Notes: generated by a model not told the origin, from the sequence alone. Shown: positions 39,123-49,326, numbered from the stretch's first letter. The stretch: DNA of 64,000 bases from Shinella sp. (GCF_035998705.1 NZ_DASYHH010000021.1:141036-205035), one strand, 5' to 3'. Program-made: numbers and translations.

Positions 39123-40279
39123 TACGAGCCCTCCGTCACGGAGGACGTCACCTGGCCGTCCCGCTCGGCCGTGCGCACCGCGCCGCCCGGCCGCAGCGTC
39201 TGCACGCCTTCGGTGACGATCTGGTCGCCCTCGGCGATCTCGGCCTTGATGAGAACCTTGTCCGGATTGCGCTGGACGATGCGGATCGGAACGCGCTCGA
39301 CCTTCTCGCCCTTGACGCGCCAGACGAAGGAGCCGTCGGCGCTCCACTGCACGGAAAGCGGATCGACGCTCGGATAGAGATCGCCGGCAAAGTGCATGGT
39401 CACCTGGAAGGACATGCCGGCGCGCAACAGGTCCTCGGGATTTTCGATGCGGGCGCGCACGCGCAGCGTCCGGCTCTCCTGGTCGATGCGGTTGTCGATC
39501 GCCTGCACCTTGCCCTCGAAGGTTTCGCCCGCCCGCGCCACCGCGGTCGCCGAGACGTCGCCGCCGACGCGTATGCTGGTCGCGAACCGCTCCGGCACCC
39601 AGAAGTCGACGAGGATTTCCGAGCGGTCGTCGATGCGGGCGATCGCCGAGGAGGTGGTGACGTAGTCGCCGGCATTGACGGAAATGATGCCGACCACGCC
39701 GCCATAGGGCGCGGTGATGTCACGGCGGCGCAGCGTCAGCTCGGCATTCTGCAGCACCAGTTCCGCCGCCTTCAGCGCGGTCTCCGCATCCTGCAACTCG
39801 GCGATGCTCATGGAGGACTTGATGCTCTGGACGCGCTTCAGCTTCTGCTCCGCGCTTTCGCGCGCCACGCGCGCCTGGTCGGCGGCGATGCGCTGCTCGT
39901 CACTGTCGAGACGGGCGATCACCTGGCCCTGCTCGACCCGGTCGCCGGATTCGACGAGCACTTCGGTGAGGTTGCCGGTCGCATAGGGCGTTACCGTGAC
40001 GGTGCGGATCGCCTCGCCGTCGCCGATGGCGTTCAGCCGGTCGTTGACGACGGACATGGCCACGGGCTTGGTGGCGACGAGCACCGGGCCGCCGCCGAAA
40101 CCGCCGCGGCGGCCGCCCTCAGCCTCGCCTTCGCCGGCCGGCGCGATTGCGGCGACGAGCGTGCCGGGCAGGCCCGCGGCCGCCAGCATGCCGTTCGCCC
40201 CGGGCACGAAGCGACCCCAGAGCAAGACCCCGGCCGAAATGATCCCGAGGCTCAAGAGGAGCTGTTTCCAAACCCGCAT
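39122..40279 (-). CDS. RND efflux periplasmic adaptor (MFP)
   Basis: N-terminal TM; lipoyl/hairpin GDRVEQGQVIARLD, ITAPYGGVVG, LRAGMS. Confidence 0.93.
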   Translation of the reverse strand: MRVWKQLLLSLGIISAGVLLWGRFVPGANGMLAAAGLPGTLVAAIAPAGEGEAEGGRRGGFGGGPVLVATKPVAMSVVNDRLNAIGDGEAIRTVTVTPYATGNLTEVLVESGDRVEQGQVIARLDSDEQRIAADQARVARESAEQKLKRVQSIKSSMSIAELQDAETALKAAELVLQNAELTLRRRDITAPYGGVVGIISVNAGDYVTTSSAIARIDDRSEILVDFWVPERFATSIRVGGDVSATAVARAGETFEGKVQAIDNRIDQESRTLRVRARIENPEDLLRAGMSFQVTMHFAGDLYPSVDPLSVQWSADGSFVWRVKGEKVERVPIRIVQRNPDKVLIKAEIAEGDQIVTEGVQTLRPGGAVRTAERDGQVTSSVTEGS

Positions 40280-40379
40280 GCAATCTTTCTCCGATGGAAG
40301 CGAACCGTCACCTGCTGCATTGCGACATAAGGCAAGTATCCCGCTTTGGAAATGAACGGGCAATGAAAGAATACGATCA

Positions 40380-40427
40380 TTACCGAAATGTAAGATTGGC
40401 GGTCCGTACTGTTACCGAAATGTAAGA
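40380..40427. promoter_or_regulatory. Two identical 16-bp sites TTACCGAAATGTAAGA in the divergent MFP/cyclase intergenic region
   Basis: Exact copies at 40380-40395 and 40412-40427; internal TTAC-N6-GTAA palindrome. Confidence 0.65.
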
Positions 40428-40577
40428 AAACGTGGAGAAATCTTCCTCTGCCAGCCCTATCCGAGCATGCGCGTGGCTGGACCGATCCGGCGCGTGTGAT
40501 AGCTTTCTTGCGCCAGTATGGCCGAGCCTTATTTCAGCATTGTTTCATCAACGCATTAACCGACAGGGGGAAGAACC

Positions 40578-41399
40578 ATGTGCGACGCCTGCGTCATCGA
40601 TACCGTCAAGAACCGCATGCTTTCGAGGAGAAGCTTTTTCCGTGCCGCCGCTGCGGGCGCCGCAACGGTTGCGGCAGCCAGTTCCGGCGCGCTGAGCCTC
40701 GCACTTGCCCAGGCGCCGAGCAAGGCAACGGACCTCACCCACGAACTCTACGAGGAGTTTCCGACTTTCTTCGGGCAGCAGCAGTTCTGGCGTGAGCAGA
40801 AATTCAACTACAAGGAACACAAGTTCAATCTCTTCGAGCTGCGAGTGAACGAGCACACCGGCACCCATGTCGATGCGCCGCTGCACTTTTCCGAGGACGG
40901 CAAATCGGTCGCCGAAATCCCGGTCTCGGACCTCGTCGTGCCGCTCGCCATCATCGATATCCGCGAGAAGGCGGCGGCGAATGCCGATGCGCAGCTGACG
41001 CCGGACGACATCAAGGCCTGGATCGCCGCCAATGGCGACCTGCCGGAAAAGGCCTGCGTGGCGCTGCTGTCCGGCTGGGACAAACATCTCGGCACCGACA
41101 AGTTCCGCAATGCCGACGCCGAGGGCAAGATGCATTTCCCGGGCTTCCACGTCGAAGCCGTGCAGTATCTCGCCGAAAACTCCAGCGCCGCCGGCATCGC
41201 CGTCGATACGCTGTCGCTCGACTACGGCATCTCGCCCGATTTCGCGACGCACTATGCCTGGCTTGCCTCCGGCCATTGGGGGCTTGAAGCGGCAGCCAAT
41301 CTGGACCAGCTTCCGGCCAAGGGCGCGACCCTCATCGTCGGCGCGCCAAAAGTGCGCGGCGGAACGGGCGGCCCTGCCCGCGTGTTCGCGCTGGCCTGA
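40578..41399 (+). CDS. Cyclase/kynurenine formamidase-like metal hydrolase with Tat signal
   Basis: SRRSFF twin-arginine; HTGTHVDAPLH; HFPGF, DTLSLD, GGTGGPARV. Confidence 0.9.
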   Translation: MCDACVIDTVKNRMLSRRSFFRAAAAGAATVAAASSGALSLALAQAPSKATDLTHELYEEFPTFFGQQQFWREQKFNYKEHKFNLFELRVNEHTGTHVDAPLHFSEDGKSVAEIPVSDLVVPLAIIDIREKAAANADAQLTPDDIKAWIAANGDLPEKACVALLSGWDKHLGTDKFRNADAEGKMHFPGFHVEAVQYLAENSSAAGIAVDTLSLDYGISPDFATHYAWLASGHWGLEAAANLDQLPAKGATLIVGAPKVRGGTGGPARVFALA

Positions 41400-41448
41400 C
41401 CCCATCGGCCGGCGGCCTGCCCGCCGGCCCTTTCTTCCGGAGGAACCC

Positions 41449-41862
41449 ATGAGCACCGTCAAGCCAGCCGAAGACATCGAAGCCGATCCGCGCGTCAAAG
41501 CGGTGTTCGACGACATCCGCGCCACCCGCAAATCCGACTTCGTCAACAATATGTGGCGCTACCTCGCCTTCGACCCGGCGCTGCTGGAGCGCACCTGGGC
41601 GGAGGTGAAGGCGGTGATGGCGACACCCTCGACGCTCGATCCGCTGGTCAAGGAAATGCTCTACATCGCCGTCTCGGTGACGAACGGATGCAGCTATTGC
41701 GTCCACTCCCACACCGCCGCCGCCAAGGCCAAGGGCATGACGGACGCGCAATATGCCGAGCTGCTCGCCATCGTCTCGCTCGCCGGCAAGACCAACCAGC
41801 TCGCCACCGCCCTCCAGCTGCCCGTGGACGCCGTCTTCGATGCGGACCGCGCGACGCCCTGA
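41449..41862 (+). CDS. Carboxymuconolactone decarboxylase/AhpD family protein
   Basis: KEMLYIAVSVTNGCSYCVHSH. Confidence 0.9.
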   Translation: MSTVKPAEDIEADPRVKAVFDDIRATRKSDFVNNMWRYLAFDPALLERTWAEVKAVMATPSTLDPLVKEMLYIAVSVTNGCSYCVHSHTAAAKAKGMTDAQYAELLAIVSLAGKTNQLATALQLPVDAVFDADRATP

Positions 41863-41955
41863 ACGGCGCGGCTTTCCACAATCTTCTGGTCAATGTTTTT
41901 CCCCGTGGAATAAAAGCAGAACGGAAATCTGGTCTTTCGAGCCCGAATCACTACA

Positions 41956-44424
41956 TTGAACCGCATGATCAGCGGTTACGACGACATTCCCTTCTTCGAT
42001 GAGGACCCGCAGCTTTCCGAAAAGCCCGCCGCGCCAAAGGAAAAGCCGGCTGGTGGCATCGCCGCGCGTGCGATGGCCGCGAGAGACCTCGGTCGCGCGC
42101 CGGACTACCTCTCCGGCCTCAATCCGGAACAGCGCGAGGCGGTGGAAACGCTCGACGGCCCCCTGCTGGTGCTCGCCGGCGCCGGCACCGGCAAGACGCG
42201 CGTCTTGACCACCCGCATCGCCCATATCCTCGCGACCGGCCGCGCCTTCCCCAGCCAGATGCTGGCCGTGACCTTCACCAACAAGGCCGCGCGCGAGATG
42301 AAGGAACGCATCGGCCTCCTCGTCGGCGGCGCCGTCGAAGGCATGCCCTGGCTCGGCACCTTCCACTCGATCGGCGTGAAGCTGCTGCGCCGCCATGCCG
42401 AACTGGTCGGCCTGCGCTCCGATTTCTCCATCCTCGACACCGACGACGTCGTGCGGCTGATCAAGCAGATCATCCAGGCCGAGGGCATCGACGACAAGCG
42501 CTGGCCGGCAAAGCAGTTCGCCGGCATGATCGACGGCTGGAAGAACAAGGGCCTCGACCCGGCACAGATCCCGGAGGGCGACGCCCGCGCTTTCGCCAAT
42601 GGCAAGGGCCGCGAACTCTACATCGCCTACCAGAACCGCCTGAAGACGCTGAACGCCTGCGATTTCGGCGACCTGCTGCTGCACCCGATCCGGATGTTCC
42701 GCGCCAATCCGGACGTGCTGGCCGAATACCACCAGAAATTCCGCTACATCCTCGTCGACGAGTATCAGGACACCAACACCGCCCAGTATATGTGGCTGCG
42801 CCTGCTCGCCCAGCGCCCGAAGGGCACGCCGCAGAATGTCTGCTGCGTCGGCGACGACGACCAGTCGATCTACGGCTGGCGCGGCGCGGAGGTGGACAAC
42901 ATTCTCCGCTTTGAGAAGGATTTTCCGGGCGCCCGCGTCGTCAAGCTGGAGCGCAACTACCGCTCGACCGCCCATATCCTCGGCGCTGCCGGCCACCTCA
43001 TTGCGCATAACGAGGACCGGCTCGGCAAGACGCTCTTCACCGACCGGCACGATCCCGAGGACGACAAGGTCGTCGTGCATGCGGCCTGGGATTCGGAAGA
43101 AGAGGCGCGCGCCGTCGGCGAGGAGATCGAGCAGCTCCAGCGCCAGAAACACAAGCTCAACGACATGGCGATCCTGGTGCGCGCCTCCTTCCAGATGCGT
43201 GAATTCGAAGATCGTTTCGTCACGCTCGGCATCAACTACCGCGTCATCGGCGGCCCGCGGTTCTACGAGCGGCTCGAAATCCGCGATGCCATGGCCTATT
43301 TCCGCCTGGTCAGCCAGCCCGCCGACGACCTCGCCTTCGAGCGCATCGTCAACACGCCGAAGCGCGGCCTCGGCGACACGACGATCCGCAACCTGCATGA
43401 TTATGCGCGCGCCCGCGACATCCCGATGCTCGCCGCCGCATCCGACATCATCGAGACCGACGAATTGAAGCCGAAGGCGCGCAAGGCGCTGTTCGACGTC
43501 GTCACCGATTTCCGCCGCTGGCAGACGCTCTTGGAGACCATGCCGCACACCGAGCTTGCCGAGCAGATCCTCGACGAGAGCGGCTATACAGCCATGTGGC
43601 AGGCGGACAAATCGGCGGAAGGCCCGGGGCGCCTCGACAACCTCAAGGAACTGATCCGCTCGATGGAAGCGTTCGAGTCCATGCGCGGCTTCCTCGACCA
43701 CGTCTCGCTCGTCATGGATGCCGAGCAGAACGCGGAGCTCGACGCCGTCTCGATCATGACGCTGCACTCGGCCAAGGGCCTCGAATTCGAGACCGTCTTC
43801 CTGCCCGGCTGGGAGGAAGGCCTGTTCCCGCACCAGCGCGCGCTCGACGAGGGTGGCCGCTCGGGTCTCGAGGAAGAACGCCGCCTCGCCTATGTCGGCA
43901 TCACGCGCGCCAAGCGCCGTTGCCACATCTGGTTCGTCTCGAACCGCCGCATCCACGGCCTCTGGCAATCGACGCTCCCCTCCCGCTTCCTCGACGAACT
44001 GCCGGAAGCGCATGTGGAAGTGGCCGAGGTGGAACAGTCCTATGGCGGTTACGGCCGCGGCGGCTACGGCCAGTCGCGCTTCGACAAGCAGGAGCCGTTC
44101 CAGAATGCCTATTCGACGCCCGGCTGGCGCCGCGCCCAGGCGAACCGCACGGAAGCCACGCGCGACAACTGGGGCTCACGCTCCGGCCACGCGGTCGAGC
44201 GCATCGGTTATGGCGAGAGCGGCCCGCGCTCGCGTATGATCGATGGCGAACTGGTGGCGAAATCGACCACGAGCGAACCGTCGAAATTCTCCGTCGGCGA
44301 CCGGGTCTTCCACCTGAAATTCGGCAACGGCAATGTCGCGGCGATCGAGGGCAACAAGCTGACGATCGATTTCGACCGTGCCGGACAGAAACGCGTGCTG
44401 GACGGTTTCGTCGAACAGATCTGA
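41956..44424 (+). CDS. uvrD: UvrD/PcrA/Rep DNA helicase
   Basis: LAGAGTGKT, VTFTNKAA, VDEYQDTN, VGDDDQSIYGWRGA, NYRST, LHSAKGLEF, EERRLAYVGITRA. Confidence 0.95.
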   Translation: MNRMISGYDDIPFFDEDPQLSEKPAAPKEKPAGGIAARAMAARDLGRAPDYLSGLNPEQREAVETLDGPLLVLAGAGTGKTRVLTTRIAHILATGRAFPSQMLAVTFTNKAAREMKERIGLLVGGAVEGMPWLGTFHSIGVKLLRRHAELVGLRSDFSILDTDDVVRLIKQIIQAEGIDDKRWPAKQFAGMIDGWKNKGLDPAQIPEGDARAFANGKGRELYIAYQNRLKTLNACDFGDLLLHPIRMFRANPDVLAEYHQKFRYILVDEYQDTNTAQYMWLRLLAQRPKGTPQNVCCVGDDDQSIYGWRGAEVDNILRFEKDFPGARVVKLERNYRSTAHILGAAGHLIAHNEDRLGKTLFTDRHDPEDDKVVVHAAWDSEEEARAVGEEIEQLQRQKHKLNDMAILVRASFQMREFEDRFVTLGINYRVIGGPRFYERLEIRDAMAYFRLVSQPADDLAFERIVNTPKRGLGDTTIRNLHDYARARDIPMLAAASDIIETDELKPKARKALFDVVTDFRRWQTLLETMPHTELAEQILDESGYTAMWQADKSAEGPGRLDNLKELIRSMEAFESMRGFLDHVSLVMDAEQNAELDAVSIMTLHSAKGLEFETVFLPGWEEGLFPHQRALDEGGRSGLEEERRLAYVGITRAKRRCHIWFVSNRRIHGLWQSTLPSRFLDELPEAHVEVAEVEQSYGGYGRGGYGQSRFDKQEPFQNAYSTPGWRRAQANRTEATRDNWGSRSGHAVERIGYGESGPRSRMIDGELVAKSTTSEPSKFSVGDRVFHLKFGNGNVAAIEGNKLTIDFDRAGQKRVLDGFVEQI

Positions 44425-44445
44425 CGGGGCCGCCGAACGGCCCCG
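44425..44445. terminator. Hairpin between convergent uvrD and MCP
   Basis: CGGGGCCG-CCGAA-CGGCCCCG. Confidence 0.6.
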
Positions 44446-44456
44446 CTTTCCAAAAA

Positions 44457-46184
44457 TCAGGATGCCTTCCGCATATGGCCGAGGCGTGCCGCGCGTTGCG
44501 CCGGCGTCCAGATTTCGCGGTCCTGGTCGCGCTGATGGTCGCGGCGGTTGAGCTGGAAGCGGTTCACCAGTTCCGTCAGCGTCGTCGCGCCCTCGGCAAG
44601 CGTCTGGCTGGTCGAGGTCGTGCGCTCCACCATCGCCGCATTGTCCTGCGTGATGCGGTCGACATCGGTCACCGCCGCGCTGATCTCTTCGAGACCATTT
44701 GCCTGTTCGGCGGCGGAGGTCGCGATCGCATCGACATTGTGGTCGATCTCTTCGACGAAATTGCCGATCTCCTTGAGCGCCCGGCCGGTCTCGCCGACAA
44801 GCCGCACGCCTTCGCGCACCTCGCTGCTGGAATTGGTGATCAGCGTCTTGATCTCGCGGGCGGCCTTGGCCGAGCGCTGGGCAAGCTCGCGCACTTCCTG
44901 CGCAACGACCGCAAAGCCCCTGCCCGCGTCGCCCGCGCGCGCCGCTTCGACCCCGGCGTTGAGCGCGAGCAGGTTGGTCTGGAAGGCGATCTCGTCGATC
45001 ACGCCGATGATCTGGCCGATTTCGCTCGACGCGGATTCGATGCGCTGCATGGCGCTGACCGTGTCCTGCACGACATTGGCGGACGTGTTGGCGGAGGCGC
45101 GCGCATCCTGGACGAGCTTGCGGGTCTCCCGCGTGCGATCAGTGGAGGAGCGCACGGCGACGGTCATCTGCGTCAGCGCAGCCGCGGTCTCCTCGAGCGC
45201 CACCGCCTGCTGGCGGGTGCGCTCCGAAAGCTCCTCCGCCCCCATGCGCATCTCCTGGCCGCTGCGGTTGAGGATCTGCGTCTGGTCCAGCACCTTCGAC
45301 AGGGTTTCCTGGAAGGCGCCGATCGAGCCGTTGAAATCGCGGCGCAGCGATTCGAACTCGCCGATGAACTGGCGGTCGATCGTGACGCGGATGTTGCATT
45401 CGGCAAGCCGGCCGAGACCCGCGCCGATCTCCTCGATCGCCCGCACGCGCTCCGTCACGTCCGTCGCGAATTTCACCACCTTGAACACCTTGCCACTGGC
45501 ATCGAGGATGGGGTTGTAGGACGCCTGGATGTGGATCTTGCCGCCGCCCTTGGCGATGCGGGTGAACTGGTCGGAGACGAACTTGCCTTCGGCAAGCCGC
45601 GCCCAAAACTCCTTGTAGGCGGCACTTGCCACATATTCGGGCGCGCAGAACATCGCGTGATGGCGCCCGACGATCTCGGAGAGGTCGTAGCCGAGCGTGG
45701 CGAGAAAATTCTCGTTGGCGCCGAGGATGTCGCCCTTCGGCGTGAATTCGATGATCGCCTGCGCCCGGCTCAGCGCGGAGAGCTTGCCCTCGTCCTCCAT
45801 GGCTTTGCGCTTCATGGCCGTGATGTCGGTGGCGAACTTCACCACCTTATAGGGCTTCCTGCCGCGGAAGACGGGATTGTAGGACGCCTCGATCCAGATC
45901 TCGCGGCCGCCCTTGGCGACGCGCTTGTACTGGCGCTGGTCGAAATGCCCCTCGGCAAGCCGCGCCCAGAACGCCGCGTATTCGGGGGATGCCGCCTCCG
46001 CCGGATCGACGAAGATGCGGTGATGCTGGCCGACGACCTCCGAAAGCTCATAGCCGACGGCCTGCAGGAAATTCTCGTTGGCGTGCAGAATCCTGCCGGT
46101 CATGTCGAATTCGATGATCGCCTGGGAGCGGTTCATCGCGGCAAGCACGGAGCGGGAATTCAATCCGAAATCGAAGGCAGTCAC
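44457..46184 (-). CDS. Soluble methyl-accepting chemotaxis protein with two PAS domains
   Basis: Two SQAIIEF/AQAIIEF PAS repeats; IAFQTNLLALNAGVEAARAG..GFAVVAQEVR; no TM. Confidence 0.93.
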   Translation of the reverse strand: MTAFDFGLNSRSVLAAMNRSQAIIEFDMTGRILHANENFLQAVGYELSEVVGQHHRIFVDPAEAASPEYAAFWARLAEGHFDQRQYKRVAKGGREIWIEASYNPVFRGRKPYKVVKFATDITAMKRKAMEDEGKLSALSRAQAIIEFTPKGDILGANENFLATLGYDLSEIVGRHHAMFCAPEYVASAAYKEFWARLAEGKFVSDQFTRIAKGGGKIHIQASYNPILDASGKVFKVVKFATDVTERVRAIEEIGAGLGRLAECNIRVTIDRQFIGEFESLRRDFNGSIGAFQETLSKVLDQTQILNRSGQEMRMGAEELSERTRQQAVALEETAAALTQMTVAVRSSTDRTRETRKLVQDARASANTSANVVQDTVSAMQRIESASSEIGQIIGVIDEIAFQTNLLALNAGVEAARAGDAGRGFAVVAQEVRELAQRSAKAAREIKTLITNSSSEVREGVRLVGETGRALKEIGNFVEEIDHNVDAIATSAAEQANGLEEISAAVTDVDRITQDNAAMVERTTSTSQTLAEGATTLTELVNRFQLNRRDHQRDQDREIWTPAQRAARLGHMRKAS

Positions 46185-46333
46185 GTCTGGGTCCCCACGT
46201 CGATGTGGCCTAGGCAAACCTAGCCATCAAAAGAAGTTGGTTAAATTTGACCCGAAATTCTTAGCATTTGCTAAACCAAATGGTTATTGCTCACAACATT
46301 TGGAGGAAATCTCCGCGCCCGGCCGAAAAATGC

Positions 46334-46362
46334 AAAAAACCGGCACCAAGGGCGCCGGTTTC
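46334..46362 (-). terminator. Terminator after DUF2778 gene
   Basis: AAAAAACCGGC..GCCGGTTT. Confidence 0.6.
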
Positions 46363-46381
46363 AGGGTTCACGCGAAAGATG

Positions 46382-47590
46382 TCAGGCGCCGGCCTTACGG
46401 TAGAGCGCGGCAAGCTGGGTGCGCGACGAGGGCAATTCCGGCACCACGACCATCATGGTGATATGCCCGCGCTTGAAGGCGTTGAGGAACGGCTCGTAGT
46501 TCTGGAAGGCGACGCAGCCGTGCGAGCCCTTCTGGTTGCGCAGGAGGTTGGTATGCGTCAAGAGGCCCGTGCGGTTCTTCGGGTCACGCCCGTCGATCGA
46601 GGTCATGCGGATCGCCTCTACGCCGTGGAAGCGCCGCTCGCGCATCTTCAGGCGGTAGATGCCGGCCGGCGTCGGCCCGTTCATCTTGACATGCTCGTAG
46701 CGCGGATTGTCGCGCATCTTGCCGATGCCGGAATGGGCGCGAAGCTTCGTGCCGTCGGGCATGTAGACCGTTGCGTTGGAGACGTCGTAGATCGCGACCC
46801 GCGTGCCCTTGCCGAGCCAGCCCGTGCCATTGCTGCTGCCGCCCTTGCCCTTGAACAGGTCGCCGAACAGCGAGCGCTCGGGCTTGGCGTAGGCGATCTC
46901 TTCCTTGTCCTTGTCCTTGTCCTTCGCCGTTTCGCGCTTGTTGCGCGCGACCGGCTTTTCTTCCACCACCGGCTTTTCGATGGCGACCGTCTCGAGCGCG
47001 GGCTTGGCTTCCGGCAGCGGGATCTGGCTGAGGATGTTGTCCTCTTCCGTCTGCGGCTTCTGCATGACGAGGCCGAAGGGCTGGATGTCCTTGCGCGCAG
47101 ACGTGTCTTCGACGAGCGCGGTCACCATGGCCGGCTGGCCGGTGATCGCCTTTTCCTGTTCGACGGAGCGCTCGGCGCGGGCATAGGCCGCCTCGATCAA
47201 CGCCGCCTTCGCCTTTTCACGCTTCACGGCGGAGGCGAGCTGGACCGAGATCTTGCGCTGGTGCGCCACCTGGATCGCCTCGGCGGTCAGCTGCTTCTGG
47301 CGAAGCTCGCTTTCCGAGGGCTGCGAGAGCCGCGAGAATTTCGCGATCTTCACCACCCGGTCGGCGGCCTTTTCTTTTGCCGCGGTCTTGATGTGGAGCG
47401 TGCCGGCAATGGCCTTCTTGCCGTCGGAAAGCGACGTTGCCGCCTCGTGCATGGCGCCGAGCGTCGAGACGACGGCCCAGGCGGACCCGGCGATGACGCC
47501 GCAGGCAAGCAATGTGCTGAGAAGGATGCCCGCGGAACGGCCCCGACGGGATTTCGACGCGGAACGCGCGGAACTGTACACAGACGCCAT
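46382..47590 (-). CDS. Membrane-anchored DUF2778 (Tlde1, L,D-transpeptidase-like fold) protein
   Basis: N-terminal TM; long charged linker; AHSGIG, GPTPAGIY, HTNLLRNQKGSHGCV. Confidence 0.82.
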   Translation of the reverse strand: MASVYSSARSASKSRRGRSAGILLSTLLACGVIAGSAWAVVSTLGAMHEAATSLSDGKKAIAGTLHIKTAAKEKAADRVVKIAKFSRLSQPSESELRQKQLTAEAIQVAHQRKISVQLASAVKREKAKAALIEAAYARAERSVEQEKAITGQPAMVTALVEDTSARKDIQPFGLVMQKPQTEEDNILSQIPLPEAKPALETVAIEKPVVEEKPVARNKRETAKDKDKDKEEIAYAKPERSLFGDLFKGKGGSSNGTGWLGKGTRVAIYDVSNATVYMPDGTKLRAHSGIGKMRDNPRYEHVKMNGPTPAGIYRLKMRERRFHGVEAIRMTSIDGRDPKNRTGLLTHTNLLRNQKGSHGCVAFQNYEPFLNAFKRGHITMMVVVPELPSSRTQLAALYRKAGA

Positions 47591-47843
47591 GATACTCGTT
47601 ACCCGATACTCGTTACTCGACGCGGCCGCGGAACAGACAGTCCGAGGGCCTTTACGCTGGCGGCGGGCATCGGGACCACGCGTCCCGGAACTCTGCCGAA
47701 CGAGCAAAGAATGACGAAATATGGTAAGCAATTCCTTTACGGCGCCTCACGTTTTTGAAGGAATCCGCCGGGGTGTCCTCACCGCCCGGCAAGGCTGCCT
47801 CTCACGAGAATGCGGCGATGGCGTGTCCTTACCGTCCGTATCG

Positions 47844-49289
47844 CTAGAACCGGGGAGGCCGGGCGAGCCAGTCGGTGGCCTTTTCATAGGCCGCGGCGGC
47901 CGCCAGCACGTCGCGATCGGCCCGCGCGCGGCCGATGATCTGGATGCCCGCAGGCAGGCCGTTTGCCCCGAAACCGGCCGGCATGGCGGCGACGGGAAGG
48001 CCGGCGAGCGTCGGGCCGATGACCACCTCCATCCAGCGGTGATAGGTGTCCATCGCCCGCCCGTCGATCGCTTTCGGCCAGTCCAGCTCGGCATCGAACG
48101 GAAAAACCTGGGCCGAGGGCAGGACGAGGAAATCGTAGGTTTCGAAGAGGCCCGAGACGTAGCGATGCCAGTCGCTGCGGCCGAGCGACGCCGCATAGAC
48201 CTCGGTCGCCGAAAGCCCGCGGCCGTTCTCGATCTCCCAGATCATCTCCGGCTTCATGTTCGCGCGCCGCGCCGGATCATCGTAGTCGGCAGCCTGCCCG
48301 CCGGCGACGAGGAAATGGCGCAGCGTGCGCCAGGTCTGCCACAGCCGCGCCATGTCGAAGCCCGGCGCGACCTCTTCCACCGTGCAGCCGAGCCGGCGAA
48401 AGACGTCGAGCGTCCCGCGGCAAAGCTCCAGCACGCCCGGCTCGAACGGCAGGTAACCGCCGAAATCGCCGAGCCAGCCTATCCGGGCGCCGGAGAGATC
48501 GCGGCTCCCGTCCAGCGAGAGGTCCTCGTCGACCAGCGACAGCGGATCGCGCGGATCGTGCCCCGCCTGCGTCGCGAGAAGGGCCGCGACATCGGCGACG
48601 CTGCGCCCCATCGGCCCGTTGACGGCGAGCTGGCCGAGGAAAAGCTCGTTGCCGAGCGAGGGCACGCGGCCGAAGGACGGGCGGAAGCCGACGACATTGT
48701 TGAAACCGGCGGGATTGCGCAGCGAGCCCATCATGTCGCTGCCGTCGGCCACCGGCAGCATCCGCGCCGCAAGCGCCGCCGCCGCACCGCCGGAAGAACC
48801 GCCAGCGCTCTTGCCCGTATCGTAAGGGTTGCGCGTGACACCGAAGACCGGATTGTAGCTGTGCGAGCCGAGGCCCATTTCCGGCGCGTTGGTCTTGCCG
48901 ATCACGATGGCCCCGGCCGCCCGGATGCGCTCGACATGGATGTCGTCATAGTCCGGCACGAAATCCGCGTAGTTCTTTGAGCCGAAGGAGCAGAGGATGC
49001 CCTTCGCCTCGGACAGATCCTTCACCGCGAAGGGCAGGCCATGCAGCCAGCCGCGATACTCTCCCGCCGCGAGCGCCCGGTCGGCCTCGTCCGCCTCGGC
49101 CAGCAGCTCTTCCGTCGGGCGGAGGCTGACGATGGCGTTGATGCGCGGATTGATCGCCGCGATGCGGGAAAGGTAGGCCGCCATGACGCTTCGGCAGTCG
49201 AGCCTGCGCTCGGCGATGGCGGCGGAAAGGGCAAGGGCGGAAAGGTCGGTAATGTCCTGCAAGGTCGGCTCCGGCGGTCTCTGATGCAA
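47844..49289 (-). CDS. Amidase signature family enzyme
   Basis: GLPFAVKDL, GKTN, GGSSGG, GSDMMGSLRNPA (Ser-cisSer-Lys triad). Confidence 0.94.
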   Translation of the reverse strand: MHQRPPEPTLQDITDLSALALSAAIAERRLDCRSVMAAYLSRIAAINPRINAIVSLRPTEELLAEADEADRALAAGEYRGWLHGLPFAVKDLSEAKGILCSFGSKNYADFVPDYDDIHVERIRAAGAIVIGKTNAPEMGLGSHSYNPVFGVTRNPYDTGKSAGGSSGGAAAALAARMLPVADGSDMMGSLRNPAGFNNVVGFRPSFGRVPSLGNELFLGQLAVNGPMGRSVADVAALLATQAGHDPRDPLSLVDEDLSLDGSRDLSGARIGWLGDFGGYLPFEPGVLELCRGTLDVFRRLGCTVEEVAPGFDMARLWQTWRTLRHFLVAGGQAADYDDPARRANMKPEMIWEIENGRGLSATEVYAASLGRSDWHRYVSGLFETYDFLVLPSAQVFPFDAELDWPKAIDGRAMDTYHRWMEVVIGPTLAGLPVAAMPAGFGANGLPAGIQIIGRARADRDVLAAAAAYEKATDWLARPPRF

Positions 49290-49326
49290 GAGCTAGCAGG
49301 CCGAGGGGGCGAGCGCCAGCCCGGCC

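Noticed and set aside
46230-46295. AT-rich dyads (TTAGCA-TT-TGCTAA, AACCA-AA-TGGTT) upstream of the MCP as possible CtrA sites
   Set aside because: Only partial match to TTAA-N7-TTAA; cannot be supported without conservation data.
46903-46924. (CCTTGT)3+ microsatellite
   Set aside because: In-frame hexamer encoding KDKDKD in a linker; too short to suggest phase variation.
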